Source: an uncultured Holophagales bacterium
GTDB lineage: Bacteria; Acidobacteriota; Thermoanaerobaculia; Multivoradales; UBA5704
Length of the DNA: 64,000 bases
Reading direction: 5' to 3'
Assembly (NCBI GenBank): GCA_963842525.1
Contig: CAWJGT010000034.1
Location: forward strand, 729,294-793,293
The notes under the pieces were generated by a model. It had not been told where the DNA came from and did not search any database. It saw nothing but the letters and a program-made list of their open reading frames with translations. Made by a program: the position numbers and the translations under genes. This document shows positions 61,222 through 64,000 of the stretch, in pieces. Within the stretch, counting starts at the first letter, position 1. Each line of letters starts with the position of its first letter.

Positions 61222-61821
61222 GTGCCGGAACGAAAGAGGTCCACCGCCGCCGAACGCGTCCGCTGCGCCTGGGTGAGCGACGATCCGCTCTACCTCGCCT
61301 ACCACGACGAGGAGTGGGGCGTGCCGGTTCACGACGACCGGAAGCTCTTCGAGATGCTGATCCTGGAAGGGGCCCAGGCCGGGCTCTCCTGGATCACCAT
61401 CCTGCGCCGGCGCGAGAGTTACCGCCGTGCTTTCGACCGCTTCGACGCGAAAAAGATCGCGGCTTATGGGCCGGAAAAGGTGGCGCGGCTGCTGGACGAT
61501 CCCGGCATCATCCGCAACCGCGCCAAGGTGGAGGCGGCGGTCGGCAACGCCCGCGCCTTCCTGGAGGTCCGCGAGCAGGCCGGGAGCTTCGACCGCTTCC
61601 TCTGGGACCTCGTCGGGGGCGAGCCCCTGCAGAACCGCTGGCAAAGCCTGAAGGAGGTCCCGCCCGAGACGCCGGCTTCGAAGGCGATGAGCAAAGAGCT
61701 CCGGCGCCGGGGCTTCCGCTTCGTCGGCCCGACCATCTGCTACGCTTTCATGCAGGCCGTCGGCATGGTGAACGACCACGTGACCGGCTGCTTCCGGCAC
61801 CGGGAGGTGCAGGGAGGCTGA
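61222..61821 (+). CDS. tag: DNA-3-methyladenine glycosylase I
   Basis: RCAW, YHDEEWG, EGAQAGLSW, IIRNRAK, GMVNDHVTGC. Confidence 0.96.
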   Translation: MPERKRSTAAERVRCAWVSDDPLYLAYHDEEWGVPVHDDRKLFEMLILEGAQAGLSWITILRRRESYRRAFDRFDAKKIAAYGPEKVARLLDDPGIIRNRAKVEAAVGNARAFLEVREQAGSFDRFLWDLVGGEPLQNRWQSLKEVPPETPASKAMSKELRRRGFRFVGPTICYAFMQAVGMVNDHVTGCFRHREVQGG

Positions 61822-61826
61822 GGACC

Positions 61827-62699
61827 GTGTCGCAGGATCCGACCTTCGACAGGATCTACCGCAATGCACCGCCGGCCGAGGTCGAAGCCCTCCGGCGGTT
61901 CCGCGCCGAGCACCCCTACCAGCGCGTGGACATCCAGTGGGCCCAGTGGGATTACATCGCCGCCGGGCAGGATGATCGAAGCGACCGAGCGCTGCTCCTC
62001 CTGCCCGGCTCCCTGGGCACCGGAGAGTCGGTATGGCAGAGCATCGGCCATTTCGCTCCCCGATTCCGGGTGATCGCTCCTTCGTATGCGGGCGTCCCCA
62101 CCATGGCCGAGCTCACGGACGGAATCGCCGCACTGCTGGACCGCGAGGGGATCGAGCGGGCCGCGGTGATCGGAGGCTCCTACGGCGGCATGGTGGCGCA
62201 GGTCTTCGTCCGCAGGCATCCCGGCCGGACCGAGCGCCTGATCCTCTCGCACACCGTCCTCCCCGATCCCGCCCGGGGGCGTCAGGTCGCCGGCGTGCTC
62301 CGCTGGCTCCCCCACCTCCCGATGCCCCTGCTGCGCGCCCTCTTCCGCATGCGCATGGGCGGCCTGCTGCCCAAGGTCCCCGAGCTCGCGATGACCCGCG
62401 CCTATCTCGCGGAGGTCGTCGTCCGCCATCTGAAAAAAGAGCGGATGATCCCCGGCTACCGCTGCGTCGTCGACTTCGATACCAATTACCGCTTCGCGCC
62501 GGAAGACCTCGACGGCTGGCCGGGCCGCATCCTCCTCCTCATGGCGGACAACGACCCGTCCACGCCGGAGCCCCAGCGCGAAGCGATGAAGGCCCTCTAT
62601 CCGAGAGCCGAAGCCCGGATCTTCCACGGTTCCGGCCACGCCACGGCGATCCTCCAGCGCGAGGAGTATCTCAAGGCGATGGATGAGTTCCTGGCGTGA
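61827..62699 (+). CDS. Alpha/beta hydrolase
   Basis: GGSYGG, DND, GSGH. Confidence 0.88.
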   Translation: MSQDPTFDRIYRNAPPAEVEALRRFRAEHPYQRVDIQWAQWDYIAAGQDDRSDRALLLLPGSLGTGESVWQSIGHFAPRFRVIAPSYAGVPTMAELTDGIAALLDREGIERAAVIGGSYGGMVAQVFVRRHPGRTERLILSHTVLPDPARGRQVAGVLRWLPHLPMPLLRALFRMRMGGLLPKVPELAMTRAYLAEVVVRHLKKERMIPGYRCVVDFDTNYRFAPEDLDGWPGRILLLMADNDPSTPEPQREAMKALYPRAEARIFHGSGHATAILQREEYLKAMDEFLA

Positions 62700-62753
62700 A
62701 GGTTCCCGGAATGCGGAAACTGTCTGTTACAGTACTCCGGGAGGAGAGAACCC

Positions 62754-63044
62754 GTGGGGCGTGACGACGTTCTGGAAATCCTGAAAGCGCACCGTGGAGA
62801 CCTCGACAGCTTCGGGGTCGAGACCCTACGTCTCTTCGGCTCGGTAGCACGAGGCGATGCCTCCGCTGAGAGCGACGTGGACCTCCTGGTCCGGTTTCGC
62901 AGCACTCCGTCGTTCTCCACCTTCATGAAGCTCCGGATCTTTCTCGAAGACGTCCTGGGCCGGAAAGTCGATCTCATCACCGAGTCCGGCCTCCGCGACC
63001 GTGTCCGGCCCTCCGTCGAGAGGGACGCCATCCGTGTCGCGTGA
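62754..63044 (+). CDS. Minimal nucleotidyltransferase (MNT) antitoxin
   Basis: LFGSVARGD...SDVDLLV. Confidence 0.92.
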   Translation: MGRDDVLEILKAHRGDLDSFGVETLRLFGSVARGDASAESDVDLLVRFRSTPSFSTFMKLRIFLEDVLGRKVDLITESGLRDRVRPSVERDAIRVA

Positions 63045-63378
63045 TCCCCTCCTCTTTCTACAGGATATCGAGAAAAGCTGTCTCAAGATCGTCAATCATA
63101 CGGCGGGCCGCGAGCGAGATGAGGCATTCGCCGACGAATTGGCCTTTGACGGCGTTCTTTTCAATCTCCACGTCATTGGCGAGGCCGTTAAGAACCTTCC
63201 TCAGGATCTGCGCCAGAGATATCCCGACGTTGCCTGGCGCGAAATCGCAGGCCTTCGTGATTTCGTAGCCCATGCCTACTTTGCTCTCGACCTCGAGATT
63301 CTCTGGGATGCGATCCAGCGAGATGTCCCGGCACTGTTGATCAGCATCCGAGAGATCCTCGCGAACGAGGGCGGATGA
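63034..63378 (+). CDS. HEPN/DUF86 ribonuclease toxin
   Basis: IGEAVK, W..IAGLRDFVAHAY (Rx4H). Confidence 0.92.
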   Translation: MSRDPLLFLQDIEKSCLKIVNHTAGRERDEAFADELAFDGVLFNLHVIGEAVKNLPQDLRQRYPDVAWREIAGLRDFVAHAYFALDLEILWDAIQRDVPALLISIREILANEGG

Positions 63379-63384
63379 TCGAAA

Positions 63385-64000
63385 TCAAGCAAACCCCCGT
63401 GCCTTGAGCCGCTGCTGGACGCGCCGGCTCGACATGCTCTCGGGCGGCCCGCCCCAACGGTTGATCGAGGTTTCGCGGTCGGACCCGCGTCGATCAGCAG
63501 GTCGACGACGGCGCAGTAGTCGTCGTCCGCCTTGCGGCAGTTGATGGAGCCGTGGGCGGCCCAGGCCAGCGGCGAGCTGCCGTATTCGCGGTCGCGGATG
63601 TTCACCGGCGCGCCAAGGTCGAGCAGGAGGCGCACCATCGACGGTCTGCCGTGCCAGGCGGCATGGTGCAGCGGCGTTCCTCCGCCGGCCCCTTCCCAGC
63701 TCAGGTCGAACCCCAGGTCGGCCATGAGGCGCACGCTCGCCTCCCTCCCCTCCTCCGAGGCGAGGGAGAAGACCTGCTGGTCCTCCGGGGTGAGCCCCTC
63801 CAGCAGCCCCGGATGCCGCGCCAGGAGATCGCGCGCCCTGGCCTCGTCCGCGGCCATGCAGGCGCCGAGAAGCTCGTCCACCGGGGTCGACCGGCTCACG
63901 TCCGCACCCTGCTGGCGCAGGAACTCCGCGACCGCGACGTTGCCGGTGCGCACGGCGAGCACATAGGCGGTGCGGCCGTCGGCTCGCGGCTTGTCCAGCT
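63385..64000 (-). CDS. Ankyrin-repeat protein, 5' partial (indel near 63482)
   Basis: GGTPLHHAAWHG..MVRLLLDLGA, SSPLAWAAHG. Confidence 0.85.
   Translation of the reverse strand, partial: AGQAASRRPHRLCARRAHRQRRGRGVPAPAGCGREPVDPGGRASRRLHGRGRGQGARSPGAASGAAGGAHPGGPAGLLPRLGGGEGGERAPHGRPGVRPELGRGRRRNAAAPCRLARQTVDGAPPARPWRAGEHPRPRIRQLAAGLGRPRLHQLPQGGRRLLRRRRPADRRGSDRETSINRWGGPPESMSSRRVQQRLKARGFA

Overview
GC-rich bacterial window; gene style suggests Acidobacteriota/Thermoanaerobaculia, which is an inference only. 1-13.6 kb (minus strand) is the start of a lipopeptide NRPS cluster: carbamoyltransferase, SGNH-like protein, then FAAL-ACP-C-A(Dab)-T-C-A(Ala-like)-T-E running off the window. 13.9-17.8 kb, next to the 3' end of tRNA-Thr(CGT), is a mosaic of a GT4 gene, an orphan type I-C-like CRISPR mini-array directly upstream of an SSB-like gene, several joined gene fragments and 21-bp-period repeats. 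18-56 kb holds housekeeping and accessory genes (two signal-less protease pairs, glycosyltransferase operons, PPIase, rmuC, acyl-CoA dehydrogenases, pepE, ABC and MFS transporters, two TA modules). At 56.4-61.0 kb a 63-bp palindromic tandem array is split by a 4102-bp IS1-family cargo transposon (30-bp IRs, 9-bp TSD) carrying unknown genes and a toxin-antitoxin-SecB chaperone (TAC) module. The window ends with tag, a hydrolase, MNT-HEPN and an ankyrin gene. About 14 genes show single-base indels, most likely long-read sequencing errors, so split or fused genes need read-level confirmation.
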